Below the pieces are notes generated by a model that was not told where the DNA came from, ran no database searches, and worked only from the letters and a program-made list of their open reading frames with translations. Both the position numbers and the translations under genes were made by a program. Below, in pieces: positions 36,068 to 48,739 of a DNA stretch of 64,000 bases (its first letter is position 1; each line of letters begins with the position of its first letter). Origin of the DNA: Camelus ferus (taxonomy: Eukaryota); NCBI RefSeq assembly GCF_009834535.1, contig NC_045697.1, forward strand, positions 16,370,001 to 16,434,000, read 5' to 3'.

Positions 36068-38949
36068 AGAAACAGAGCTTAATTTTAGTTTAGCTTTTCT
36101 TTTATGGTTTTCTCCTTTTTATCTTTTTAAATAAATATTTTTTCAAGTTTAGTCACAAAAATGTTATTCTAACTTTCCTTTGTAAAGTTAGATATCCATG
36201 TTTAAATACTAGATCTATCTGGAATTCTGTTTTGTATAAGATATTAGGGAAAGATTCATTCTTTTTTCTTTTTTTTCTTTTTTTTAAATGAGCATGCCAT
36301 ATATCATTTAGCCCATCTCTCACCACTGATAATGCCATGGATGTAATGGCATGCGTTAGGATTTTACATATGTGGACATGGTACGACCCGTCTATCCTGG
36401 GCTCATAAAATATTGTCTTAATTTTTATGTAAATTGATAGTAAACTTTTATATCTGGGACAGCATAGATTCTCCTCTGGTCCTTCTTTAGAAATGTCTTA
36501 GCTGTTTTTAGTCCTTTATTCTATTATTTATATTGTAAACTCAGCTTGTCAATAATTCTGTGAGATAATTTTTTGAATTCCCATTAATCTCTGGACCACT
36601 TTGGGAAGAAGTTACCTTTAAGATATTGAATATTTTCTCATATGAACATGGTATTTTTGTACATTATTTTTGTTTCATTTTCCATTTTTCTGTAAACTTT
36701 TATAATTTTCTCCTTTAAATTCTTATGCATTATTTTGCTCCTAGGTACATTTTTGTGTACGTATTTGTTTCTAATAAAAATTCGTACTGATCTATACAAG
36801 TAAAATCAAATTTTATGTATTGAATTGAGTGTATGTATTGCTATTATATCTGTGTATAAATATTATATATAGAAAATAGTGTTGATTTATACAAACATTG
36901 AATTTTATATATTGATATTGTATCAGGAAATACTGCTAAATTTTATATATTTTAATAATTTGTTTGAATATTCTTGGATTTCCTTTATCAGGTTAAGGAG
37001 GTTTACTTTTATCCCTAGTTTGCTGAATTTATATATATCTATATATATATGTTGTTGAATTCTATCACAGATTTACTTAGGCTTCTATGGAAATGATTAT
37101 GTGACTTTTCTCTATCTACTGCTACTGTGGATGATTACAGTGGAGGTTGTCTAATGTTGAATCAAACTTGCTGTTTTGCAAGCAGGTTGGGTAGGATATA
37201 ATATCTTTCTTACAGACTGCTGGATTTGGGGGTGCAGATATGCTCTTTAGTGTTTTTCCATTGATATTCAAAGTAAGACCAGCCTATAATTTTCATTTCT
37301 AATTCCCTTTCTCTAGATGTGATACCAGGTTTACAATAGGTTCATAAAATGAATTGAATGTTTTCTCCTATTATTTTATTTTCAGATATACTTTGCAAAA
37401 GGTTGAAATTGTCTGCTCCTTGAATTGTTGATAGAATTCACAGAGAAAAACATTTGGACTTACTGCTCCCTTTATGAGAAAATGTTTTTAACTCTTGGCT
37501 TCTGTCTTTAATAGTTACAGATGACCCAGGTAGTCTGTTTCTTCTGCAGCAGTTTTAGTTTTCCACTTTTCCTATTTTTAGTTGATAATATTTAATTATC
37601 TTTTCAGTTTCAACTGCATCCTCAGTTATGTTGTCATTATACGTGTATATTCATTAACCTTTTTCAATTAACTATTTTTTATGGTCTTAAAACCTCTAAA
37701 ACAACATCCTTTTTTCCCTATTTCATCATTTTTGCCATAATTTTTATTTATGTTTTTTATTCTTTCTTTGAGTTTATTCTCTTCTTTGCTTAGTAACTTA
37801 GAATACATGCCTAATGTGTTAATTTTCAAGTTTTCTTCTTCCTAATATAACTATTTAAAGCTATATATTGCTTTCAAATGACTGTGGCATTTAGCTGACC
37901 ACCACAAAATTTGGTTTCCAGTATTTGCACTATTGTTTAATGTATTTTTGGATTTCCGTTATGATTTCTCTTTGACTCTAAGTTTTTCCAAAATTATATT
38001 TTTAAAAATATATTTTAAAATTTCTAACTATAGAGAAGCTTTCAGTCATATCTTTGGTTTTTATTTCTAGCTTAATTGCATTTGATCAAAGATTATGTTT
38101 CAAATGAATCTAATTCTAAAAATTTCTTGGACTTCGGTTTTCAGCCAAATTGTGCTCTCTTATTTTTTTCATAAATGCTTCTTTGATTCAAGATACATTA
38201 GTAGGAATTACAAATTTAGAATTTTTATAACTTTTTGATTTAGTGAAAATTGTTCTGTATTGATTCTCCTTATGTCTAGTAAAGTTTCTTGACTTAAAAT
38301 TATTTTGCCTTATATTAATATACTTATACAATATATGATTATATTTGGGTTTATAATTTTTCCCCTTATTTACTTAAAGTTGTGCTGCATTTTTCTGAAT
38401 GTTTTGCTGTATTTATTTTAATAGTATATACCAGAAGTCTTTTTTTAACCTAGTAATAAAAATCTTTGACTTTTACTGATCAGTTCATCCACAAACCTCA
38501 ATTGTGACAACCTAAATCTTTTATTTTATTTCTATGAGATAAGCTTGTATTTTAATTTGTTCTAGTTGATTTTAATTTATTTCCACTCCCCCTTTTTTCT
38601 TTTACTGATTGATTTTGGGTGGGCTTCCCGACTCCCAGTTTTTTTCCCTTTAAAGTTATGAACTTTATATACTCTTTTATATTTCACCCTTGGAATTTTT
38701 AACAATTCAAATAATTTAAAATAATGCAGAATGTATCAACTCTAATCACTTCCTTCCAACATACATGCTTTTGGCTAGAGTTTTCATATTATCTGGATTT
38801 ATCTTTTAAACCATATTCATTGGACAATATTCATACTCTTTTTAACAACCTGTGTTTAATATACTTACACATTTGCCCTTTTCTTTTTCTTGATCCTCCT
38901 GAATATCTGAATTTCCTCTCAAAACTTTTTCTTCTTCTCAATGTATGAC

Positions 38950-39980
38950 TTTTTTTCTTTTTTAATAGAAATGTAGTTAATATTAGATTAGTTTCAGGTG
39001 CACAACATAGTGATTCAACACTTATACACATTATGAATTGATCACTACAATAAGTCTAGTAAACATCTGTCACCATACAAAGTTATTACAATATTATTGA
39101 CTATATTCTCTATGCCGCATGTTACATCCCGATGACTTACTCATTTTAAAACAAAGTTTGTATCTATTAATCCCCTTCACCTATTTCACCACCACCTCCT
39201 CCTCCATTCTGGCAACCACCGTTTGCTCTCTGTATCTATGAATCTGTTTTCATTTTGTTTTGTTTGTTCATTTTGCTTTTTAGATTCCACATATAGGTAA
39301 AATCATACAGTATCTGTCTTCCTCTGTATTACATATCTCATCTAGTATAGAATCCTCTAGGTCCACCCATGTTTCAAGTGGCACAATTTTAATTTTTATG
39401 GATTAGTAGTATCCCACTGTAGATGTATATGCCACATCTTTATCCATCCATCTATCAATGGACACTTACGTTGCTTCCACATCTTGGCTACTGTAAATAA
39501 TACTGCAATAACATAGGGATGCATTTATCTTTTTGAATTAGTATTTCTGTTTTCTTTGGATAAATACTCAGAAGTGGAATTTCTGGATCATATGGTTTTA
39601 TTTTTAATTTTTTGAGGAGCCTTCATACTGTTTTCCTTAGTGGCCGCACCAACTTACATTCCCACCAACAGTGCACGAGGGTTCCCTTTTCTCCACATCC
39701 TCATCAACTGTTGTTATATGCTGTCTGTAACAATAGCCATTCTGACAGGTGTGAGATGATATCTCCTTGTGGTTTTGATTTGCATTTTCCTGATGATTAG
39801 CAATGTTGAGCATCTTTTCACATGCCTGTTGGCCAAACATCTATTCAGGTCCTCAGCCCATTTTTAATTGGATTGTTTTTTGATATTGAGTTGTGTGAGT
39901 TCTTTATATATTTTGAACATTAAACCCTCATCTAATGCACCATTTACAAATATCTTCTCCCTTCAGTAATTGCCTTTTCA
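38950..39980 (-). mobile_element. L1 3' fragment (L1MA-like; ORF2 C-terminus + 3' UTR)
   Basis: Poly-T tail, ttttagattccacatataggtaaaatcatacagtat…, ttacattcccaccaacagtgcacgagggttcccttttctccacatcctc, gttgagcatcttttcacatgcctgttggcc. Confidence 0.9.
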
Positions 39981-41059
39981 TGTCCTTTAAGCTCTTGTTT
40001 GTATTTCTGATAATGTCTTTTCCTGGCCACCATTTCTCAAAGATAGAAAAACATAGGGACTGAAATTAAGTTAACTTATAATTTTCTATCTCAGAAATTT
40101 AAGGTCATTATCTCACTATGTTCTGACTTACATGGTACATGTTGAGAAATTAGATGACTCTCTACTTTCCTGCTTTTTGTTGGTGATCTGTTTTCTTCTC
40201 TGGATGTTTTAAAGATCTTTGTTTTGTTTTTTGGTTTGTCTTAGTTACCGTATACATTTTAAATTAATGACTTTCAATAATAAACGTATTAATAAATTGC
40301 CTTTAAATTTTTGTCTTCAGAATTTTCCTTTCATTTCAGTATATTTCATAAAATATAATACACATTAAACTAAATTTGATCACATATAACACATACCAAT
40401 AATTTTGTGTTAACATACACATCCATGTTTATTTTATATAATTTTACTAATTATTTACATATTATTTTATTATGCTTTTATAAATACTTTGAATAATTAT
40501 TATACTAAATTATAATTTTAACAACTTCATTATATTATGTTCATTTACTGTATTTTAATTGGTTCTTTGATGTTGGCCATTTAAATTGTTTCCAACTACT
40601 TTTATGATAATAATTATATTTCATAAACTTATTTATGCAGCTAGAAATGTGTTTCTACTATGGCATGACTAGTATTGACATTAGGAAGCTTGTACTCATA
40701 AAGAAAGGTATGGAATGAAAGCCAATTTTACTTCTTACTCACTAGCAAATTATTTGACCTTTGTGGACCTCAGAAGGCTTAGATCTGAGGTTTCATTGGA
40801 ATTAAATTTTTTAAATAAGCTGTGGACTTGACCAAGTGTAGTCTCAACTAGAATTAATTTTCCCTAACACTACTCTTCTTGCTTATAATAGATACATATA
40901 AGTAGAATTATTTAGTCAAATGTCTGAGCACCTAATGACTCCTGCCAGGTATTTAACTGATAGCAACTGTCTGAATGAATGATTCACAGCATGTTTAGCT
41001 TTAGAACAGTTTAGCGAACATGAGCACTGTTCACACCACATAAATAGTATAACCTGTGA

Positions 41060-41205
41060 ATAATGTGCCCCTAATTTACAGATGACAAAGTGAGGCACAG
41101 AGAGGTTATGTGATTTCCCAAAATCACACAGCTGATACACAACAAATAAGTGGCAGATTGGAATCCAGGCTCTCTAACTCCAGAGACTGTGTATTTAATG
41201 TTATG
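41060..41205 (-). mobile_element. MIR SINE
   Basis: tttacagatgacaaagtgaggcacagagaggttatgtgatttcccaaaatcacacagctg…gaatccaggctctctaactccagag. Confidence 0.85.
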
Positions 41206-42944
41206 ATGCTTAAAACTTATATAAACATCTCCCTGACACTCAATTACTTCTTATATTATGGAGACCAACACATTTTAACTAGGTTTCTTGATTTAAAATT
41301 GCTCAAGATTGAAGGCCATCCTTATTTTCTGTACTAGTCATTTTCCACTTAGTCGTACAGTCTTTCACTGCTATTCATTTCACAAATATATATGCCTCCT
41401 CAGCTGATTTTAAGCTTCTTTAAGAGTTAGACTAATTTTGCATGTTTCTTTTGAATCTTCCATAACATCCCCCACAGTGGATAATCAGTAAACACTTACT
41501 GCCTGATGTTTAGACAATCTAAACGCTTTATTTCCCTGTGAAATTGTCTCCTTTTAATCAACAAATGGAAAATAAAAATTGTTGTAAGAAAACAAATCCA
41601 AAGAGAGAAGGAAAACCAAAAATGCATACAAGTCACATTAAACCCACTATACAGAGTGGCCAGACCAGGATTGTTTAACAAGGCAACCACACTCAGATTT
41701 CCCTGGAGATCTGAGAATAGAAGAAAGTATCAATGCCAGAATCTTAATCTTAATCTTAATCAATCTTGAACGTGGGTAAGAAATAACCAACCAAACTGGA
41801 CAACTACCAGGTAATTTTACTATACAGCATCCCATCTCAATCTGCCTTAGAAACATGATCTAAACTAGCACCACATCTGAACAGTAAGTGTTTGTATTCT
41901 TGTTTCCGATTTTGGAGTTAAAAGAGTTAACTCCCACTTCGAGCAGCGGCAATAGGTGTGGAAAGAAATTCAAACCAATTGTGATGATTGGAATTGCGAC
42001 CAACAGGCTGAATAGGCTTGAAGCTGCTTTCCTGATAAATGGAGCTCCAGTAAAAAAGTGCAGGGTAACTCCCTTAACCTCACTGGGATGTTGTAAAGAT
42101 TAATGTAATAACTTATTATCATCTGCCATATAATGGGCACTTAGCAAATAGTGCTATGACTATGATTAAAAGATTACTTATGAGGAGCACCTCCTTTCTG
42201 TCCTTTCTACAGGACATCTGGGTTTTGGATGTTTCCAGTTACTGCAAATATAAAATTGAGATATGTATGCTTAAAAGTATAAAAAGTTTATATATATTTC
42301 ATTCCTCAGGTTAGAAATTATATCTTATACTGCTGCCACTGTGACTAAACCTGTCAAATCATACTAACACATACGTATGAATTAACAAAATAAAGACTTA
42401 AGTAAATCAATTATAGGTATTTATCATGTTGAACTTTAAAATAGGTGGAATTTCCTCGAGATGCAGTTAGAAAAATTACTGGCAAAGCAAGTTTTTCTCA
42501 AAAATGTATTTCTGCATATGGACAAAGCCTTTCCTCCTTTGAGTAATCTAGTTTTTTCAATTATCTCAAATAGAAAAACATCCCTTAAAAAATGAATGAA
42601 ATAAAGGTCGTCAAATTTTCCCAAATCTTCCAAATAGGTGACAAGTGAAAAGAGTTACCTAATATACCTGTATGTGTCAGTAAATTTAAGACTGCCATTG
42701 AGAAAATATTGATCTATATCTGATGCTGATCTATGACCAAAGTTATCTATTGTCAGAGCTTTGTGGTTTATTTTCAGCGCTTGCTCCAAGGTAGGTTGCA
42801 TTCATGCCCATGATATAGAACACAGTTAAATGCTGAGACTGGATTTTTAATCCTGAAAAACAATCCACTGAGTCATCTAAACTGGTTTGAAGTACACAGA
42901 TCTGCATACTGTTTCCCAGACCCTCAATGCCACATCCCCCCTCA

Positions 42945-43225
42945 CCCATATTCCATTTATGTCAAATGACCAGAATATGCAAATCTATAGCGCCAGAAAG
43001 TAGATTAGTGGTTGTCTAAGGCTGAGGAGGGACTAGAGGTGGGGGATCTGGGATACGATAGGTAAAGGGCATGGGGTTTCTTTCAAAGATGATGAAAATA
43101 CTCTTTAATTATGGTGATGGTTTCAAAACTCTGTGACTATACTAAAATCCTTGAATTGTACAACTCAGATGGATGGATTATATGATATGTAAATTCTATT
43201 TCAATAAAGATGCTATGGAAAAACA
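42945..43225 (+). mobile_element. L1MB/L1MC-type 3' end
   Basis: ttccatttat…caaatctatag…cagaaagtagattagtggttgtctaaggctg…gatgatgaaaat…gtaaattctatttcaataaag. Confidence 0.85.
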
Positions 43226-44169
43226 TAAAATAAGTTTTTTAGAAAGTGGTAAAAGGAGAGATGATGCCACGTGACTTTCATCAACTGTGTCACGCCAAGT
43301 TTCACTGGCATCTTAGTTCACTGCATCTTGATGGAAGGATGCAAAAGAAAAAAAAAAAACAGACTAGAAGGTTCCCCATGCAATATCAAGGCAAGGGAAA
43401 GCTTTTTTAATGATGCCAAAATATTTACAATTTTTCTGCTTAATCAGATCAATTAATATGATTCACACATAAGAGACAGAGAAGGGTTAAGACCAAAAAC
43501 CCATCTGTCAGACCCTGTATGTTGACACATTTGATATGCAGAGGCTTTGCATATGGCCCTAATTATTTTCAAGTGAATGATCAAGAGCATTATAAAGACA
43601 TGACTTTGTTTCCAAGGCAGTGGGCACTTTCATCCCAACACAGGATATAGTCACATCATACACATATTCAACCCAGTGGAATTTCCTCATAGGTACTTGC
43701 ATGGGGTGGTGGGAGGAGGAAAAGAAATGGAGAAGAAGAGACATATTAATTGAATTGATACTGAAGAGTCAACCAGTACAGCCATTCAATGTGCAAATAT
43801 CTCAGAACTAGCCTAAATCAGAAGCCCAGAATCCATCTTCTGCCAGTGTCTTGGTTCCCACGTGCCTCTCAGGACCTGGACATCTCATCCCATTACATAT
43901 GTTTAAAGAATCTGATTTGGGATCAACATGGCCTGTATAAAGAAGCCAATGACTTTATCAGTGGTTCAACTGAATAAAGAGTGTATGATTCTAGTGCTGG
44001 TGGAAAAATGGACTCTGCTCAACTTGGTTAGAGAAGACCTTCCACCCAGAAGCTACCGAAGGGAGTTTCAAGGGTAATTCAATAACATACAATTGTCTTT
44101 TTATTCATGCTCTGACCTTAGATTCTAGCACACACGGAAGTGGCACCTTTATTTCACGTCCTAGTCTGC

Positions 44170-44400
44170 TCAGTTGATAACAGCTCTTTGGCAGATGATG
44201 GTAGATGAAGGACAGCTCGTAAATGAGGGTGAGCTGTGAGAAGCTACCAGAGCATCAGATGCAAAACAATATGCAGATAAAAAGAAGCTTGGAGCAAAAG
44301 AGAAAGAACATGCAGTGAGGAGACAGTATACAAGGGGAACTGACAATAAAAATGGAGACATGCAATGAATTCCGTAGGCCTCCTGGTACACTTGACTCAT
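44170..44400 (+). mobile_element. Possible ancient RTE-clade LINE 3' end (ORF2 C-terminus) fossil
   Basis: Translation DNSSLADDGR*RTA…EATRASDAKQYADKKKLGAKEKEHA…GLLVHLTH resembles the RTE ORF2 C-terminus (WE.LA.DR..WR…EEKR..RK…GL.SH.R.H). Confidence 0.4.
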
Positions 44401-46399
44401 GTAGCAAATAGAACTGTTTTTAAAATAGATACTTTATTCGTGTCTGTAGTCAAACTTTAATGCCTTAACTTGCGATGCTCAAGTTGATCTGAGATTTGAA
44501 ATATTACTCTCTCATTAAGCTAACTGTACTCTCAATATTTAAATAATTATTATAAGGTCCCCTAAGTTCTCCCAAGTTGAATCACTGTTTGACTAAAGGA
44601 ACTTGTTCAGTTTTGCTTTATTCTGGCTTCTCTTAATGAAGTTGTATGATTCTTAATGAAGTGATATTGGAAAGAATACTTCATTTATAAATCGAAAGAG
44701 GTGAAAGTATTATGCTGCGTGAGATACCCCATAAAGAAAGGCAGAAATCATAAGATCTTAATTTTTCATTCTGAGAATTTAACTGACTATGCAGAGGCTC
44801 ACCTTAACAACAACAGCTGAAGATACAGTGGGCGACTTGATGCATTAATGCACCGGCATTGCTTCCCACTGGCAGGCTTTTTCTGATAATAAGCACTTAT
44901 TTTAAAGGCTAATGCATCTCCTTGCCCATTAACCAAATGCTAACTGAAGGGTTAATAGGTATCCAGGAATAAACTAGGCAAAGTTGAGAAATATAGGGAA
45001 AATAAATGACACCTTTCCTTTACCCTAAAAATTTCCATTCTTGTTTGGGGAAAACAAAATTAAGATAAAAGAAACAGAAAATAGACAATTACCATCACAT
45101 TGTTGTGTTATGACTTTCCTGATATGAGTGTCGGGACTTCAGAAATGGGATATCTAAAGCTAGGCTCTAAGTCAGGATCAATTTCATGGAAAAGATAAGA
45201 ATCTTAGTTGTGCCTTGAAGGATGGGTAGAACATGACCAAGCAGAGGATGGAGGCCAGGGCTTTTCAGACGGGGTGGGAAATGGCTCAACAAGAAGTCAG
45301 AAGATGGAGTGATAGTGTCAGTGTTTGGAGAGGGTGGGAAAGAGAAAGCAGAGGGAGCTCAAATGGTGGAGTTCAGGTGCGGGAGCATCAGGTGACACTT
45401 GGAGCAGTTCTGTTTTGACAGGGTGGCAGCCTGCTGTGACTGCACTTTCCTTTCATATCCCCATAAAATAACATGACCCATCTCAGCTGTGGGAAGCCTG
45501 CCCCTTCTCCACCTCCTGATGGGCCCTGAGGTGGGGGTGTGGATGGGCTCCTGTCCTGCTCAGGTGCCAGGCGTTCCCCACCTTCTTACTTCTGAATTTC
45601 CCTGCAGATCTGTGACTTTGAAATTCCCATTTATTTACCTCTTGAATGCTCTAGCTACTACCTGGTAGACACAGCTCCAACCCCTTCATTCCTGGAAGAA
45701 CTGATAATTCAAATGGTAGAGAAACTAGCATATTCTAACTGAAGATTAGAGAAACAATACAGAGGTACTTGGAAGGTGGGGACAACCTAAGATTGATATC
45801 AAGATTTTTCAGCCATTTCTACTCCAAGAAATTTCTTACGCATCTTCTTTTCTGCTCAGAATCCAGATGGCCATAATTTCCTGATGTCTGTGTGTATGAG
45901 TGTGTATATATATATAACGTCTGTCTCTATTTCCATCTTCTCCTAGTTCTAGGATACACCACTATCCCCCCACCTCCAAAACCGCCAGGGCACACAAGCA
46001 AAATTCTTGACACTTGATAATACAGAGTAACTTTGCTTTTCTGTCTCCACTCCCACCCTGGACTAGTTCTTGGGAGCCTAATCATGCATAACCTAAAAAT
46101 CCCATCCGTAAGTTTTCGTAAACAGAAGAGCATCTACTCCAGAGATGAATTCTGCTGTTCCCCTCTAATGCAGAGAACAGCTGCAGTCATTTCTATTTTT
46201 CAGTGATCTTTTTTTTCCTGCCTGTTACATATTATTGAAGATTGATTAGCTAAGCAGATCATTAAGGTTCAGGAAAAGGTAAAACAAACACAGTGCTTTG
46301 GGTTGACAAAGCCCATTTGAAGCCGGCTCTGGGTAGTGCTTTCTTCACACTTGGAGAGAAAACAAAGAGATCTTGCTTTTCTTTTCCTTTCTTTTTTTA

Positions 46400-46430
46400 T
46401 TCTCTCTCTCTCTCTCTCTTTTTGTTTTGT

Positions 46431-46462
<32 letters not shown>

Positions 46463-46466
46463 TTTG
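46400..46466. repeat. (TC)n and (TTTTG)n low-complexity repeat
   Basis: Directly visible; explains the F/L/V/C-rich ORFs at 46269-46620. Confidence 0.9.
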
Positions 46467-48739
46467 TCTTTCCACCATATTCAACAAAATCAACTCGGCA
46501 AATAAAAAAAAATCATTGTATGAAAACAAGGCGAGAGCACTCAGTGCAGAGTGGGAAAAACTGGCAATGCAGATAGCTCAGTTCTTCATTTTCACAAAAT
46601 ATTTTGCCCTTCATTGGTGACCCTTTGCATCTGTTGCCCGTGGTGCTGAGCCAGGGACATTAGGAGAGTCAATGGGGATAATGTAACAGACTCCCATTCC
46701 CTAATGGGAGGGAAGCCCTCGTTTATGCTGATTTAAGTACGCATTCTAAAGACTTTACACACCCGTTTGGATTTTCTGCAGCTTTTAGATTTCCCTGAAA
46801 ATCACTAAACCACAATCTTCATCTGTGTAGTTTTTGTCTGTCTTTAGGAAACACGTTCAGAACAGTCTTTCTGCAAAGGCAGGGCTGTGTGAAAAAAAAA
46901 ATGGTTTGATTTGTCCTCTCCTGGACTCTGGTAAAAGCATTTGATTGTGAGGTTGGTTTGAGAAATGCTGCATTAAGCAAAAACTTAATGCAGCTTCAAG
47001 GAAGTTTTTCCTTCTTGCAGCTGCCATATTAGGACCTGGGTGTAAACCCACGAGTACAAAGTATTGAACTGCCAGAAGGCACCATACCTAAGCAGGGTCA
47101 GGGACCCAAACCAATCACATGGTGCCAAGTCCATCTGCCCCTCTCTTTGTCACGTGGATAAAACCTAAGGAAGATGAACCTCACCGGCAGCCATGATCAA
47201 TGGAAGTGGAGCACAAATATCACAATCTGTTATCAGTGGAGAGAAGTGGTTTGGGGTCAGAGCCAACCTCCGAGAGGGGCCCTGAGATTCACGTGCTGAT
47301 GTTAATTTTTATGTCAGTGACCAGTTGATAGCTATGCCATTTCCTTCTTCCCAGGGCCCTGAGTCACACAATCCACTGGAGATAGCTCTCTGGTCAAGAA
47401 TGAACTTGGCATAATAATGTTGGCCACCTGTTCCTCTCAAGGCAGAGCCAAAAAGGCAAGACGTGGGAAAAGACTAAATGCTGTCTGCGTTAAAGGACCT
47501 TTCCCTGTGCGCAGACCTTACTTTCCTCCTCGTCAGTGAGACTACAGTCAGCCTGCTTTGTCCATTGCTGAAGCACAGCATCGCCCTCCCTGGTGATGCC
47601 TGTGGGTATCAGCTGCTTAGCTATGACCGAAAAGCTTTTGCTCTAGAAAAGGAAGTACCATCTCCCGTTCCCATTAAAGGTCTTGGTCTTTCTCGTGGTG
47701 CACACACCCCCGTGTTGGGTGCATGTGTAAATTCAAACTGCGTGTCTTTTATGAGTTGCATGCTGTTTCTCCAGCTTTTTTTTTTTAATACAGCATCCTC
47801 CTGCTTGCAATGAAACCAGCATATTGGATTTTATACGGTTATAAAATCCCACATAAGACAAACTATATAGAAAACTCTTTTTATGTAACTTGGGACTTCT
47901 TCACAATATTTTTTTTTCCCCAACCACTGCCACATCCCCTACCTCCCCATTCTGTTTCCTTCTCTGGTCTTGAGAAACTCTTGTCCAAAACATTCTGGAG
48001 ACATCTACTTTTTTTTCTGTCCGTTTCTTGATTGCTTTTATGAGCTCACTGCCTGGGAATTACTCTTTTTAACTACGAAGGAGCCCACTGATGAAGGTTT
48101 GTAATGACAACATCTGTTTGGAACAACATCTGTTAGGATAATCTCTTGTCACACACTTAGCATGCTGGTCAGTACAAGCCAACATTCAGCCTGAGAGCGA
48201 GGCTCTCCTGGTGTTCTTGGGGCCAAGACAGATAATTTGATAATTTAAACTATAAACGACTCTGGATGGCAAGTCACATTTTTAGATAAAGTCTATAAAA
48301 ACACAACAGGGCTAATCTCCATCCACTGCAAAACTCAACTTAGTTATGTGTACCATATGATAAATTATGTAGCATAGAAAGCCATTGCCCACATTGTGAA
48401 ATTCACTTAAAAATAGCATGCGTAAGTTCTGCATTGCCTTGAGCTACATTTGTTTATGCAATAAGCCCAGATAAACATTCCACAACATTACACACTAGCC
48501 TTATTACCAGGAGTCAAATATTCCAAAAGGCTTTTTTGAGTTTAAGGTAATCCATAGTTAATCATGTCCTTCAGACGAAAACTTGGCTCTAGTATTATTT
48601 TCAAAAGAATACTTCAATACCAGCCATCCTTCGCCAGTGCCAGAATGCTTACAACATGATCAACAAGTTGCACGTATACCCTGACAAGCAAGGGTTATGA
48701 TTTAGAAGGCAAGCCGGGAATGTATTATTATGGTGAATG

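Larger units (their letters stand above)
34700..40640 (-). mobile_element. Long, old (L1M/L1ME-class) L1 relic with younger insertions
   Basis: Several kb of very T-rich sequence with L1 antisense hallmarks (tattccattgaatgaata…cactatttattt, caggttaaggaggtttac…atccctagtttgctga, gttcataaaatgaattg, tttctagcttaattgcatt). Confidence 0.75.

Noticed and set aside
46269..46620. Hydrophobic or charged ORFs suggesting membrane peptides
   Set aside because: Produced by (TC)n/(TTTTG)n low-complexity sequence.
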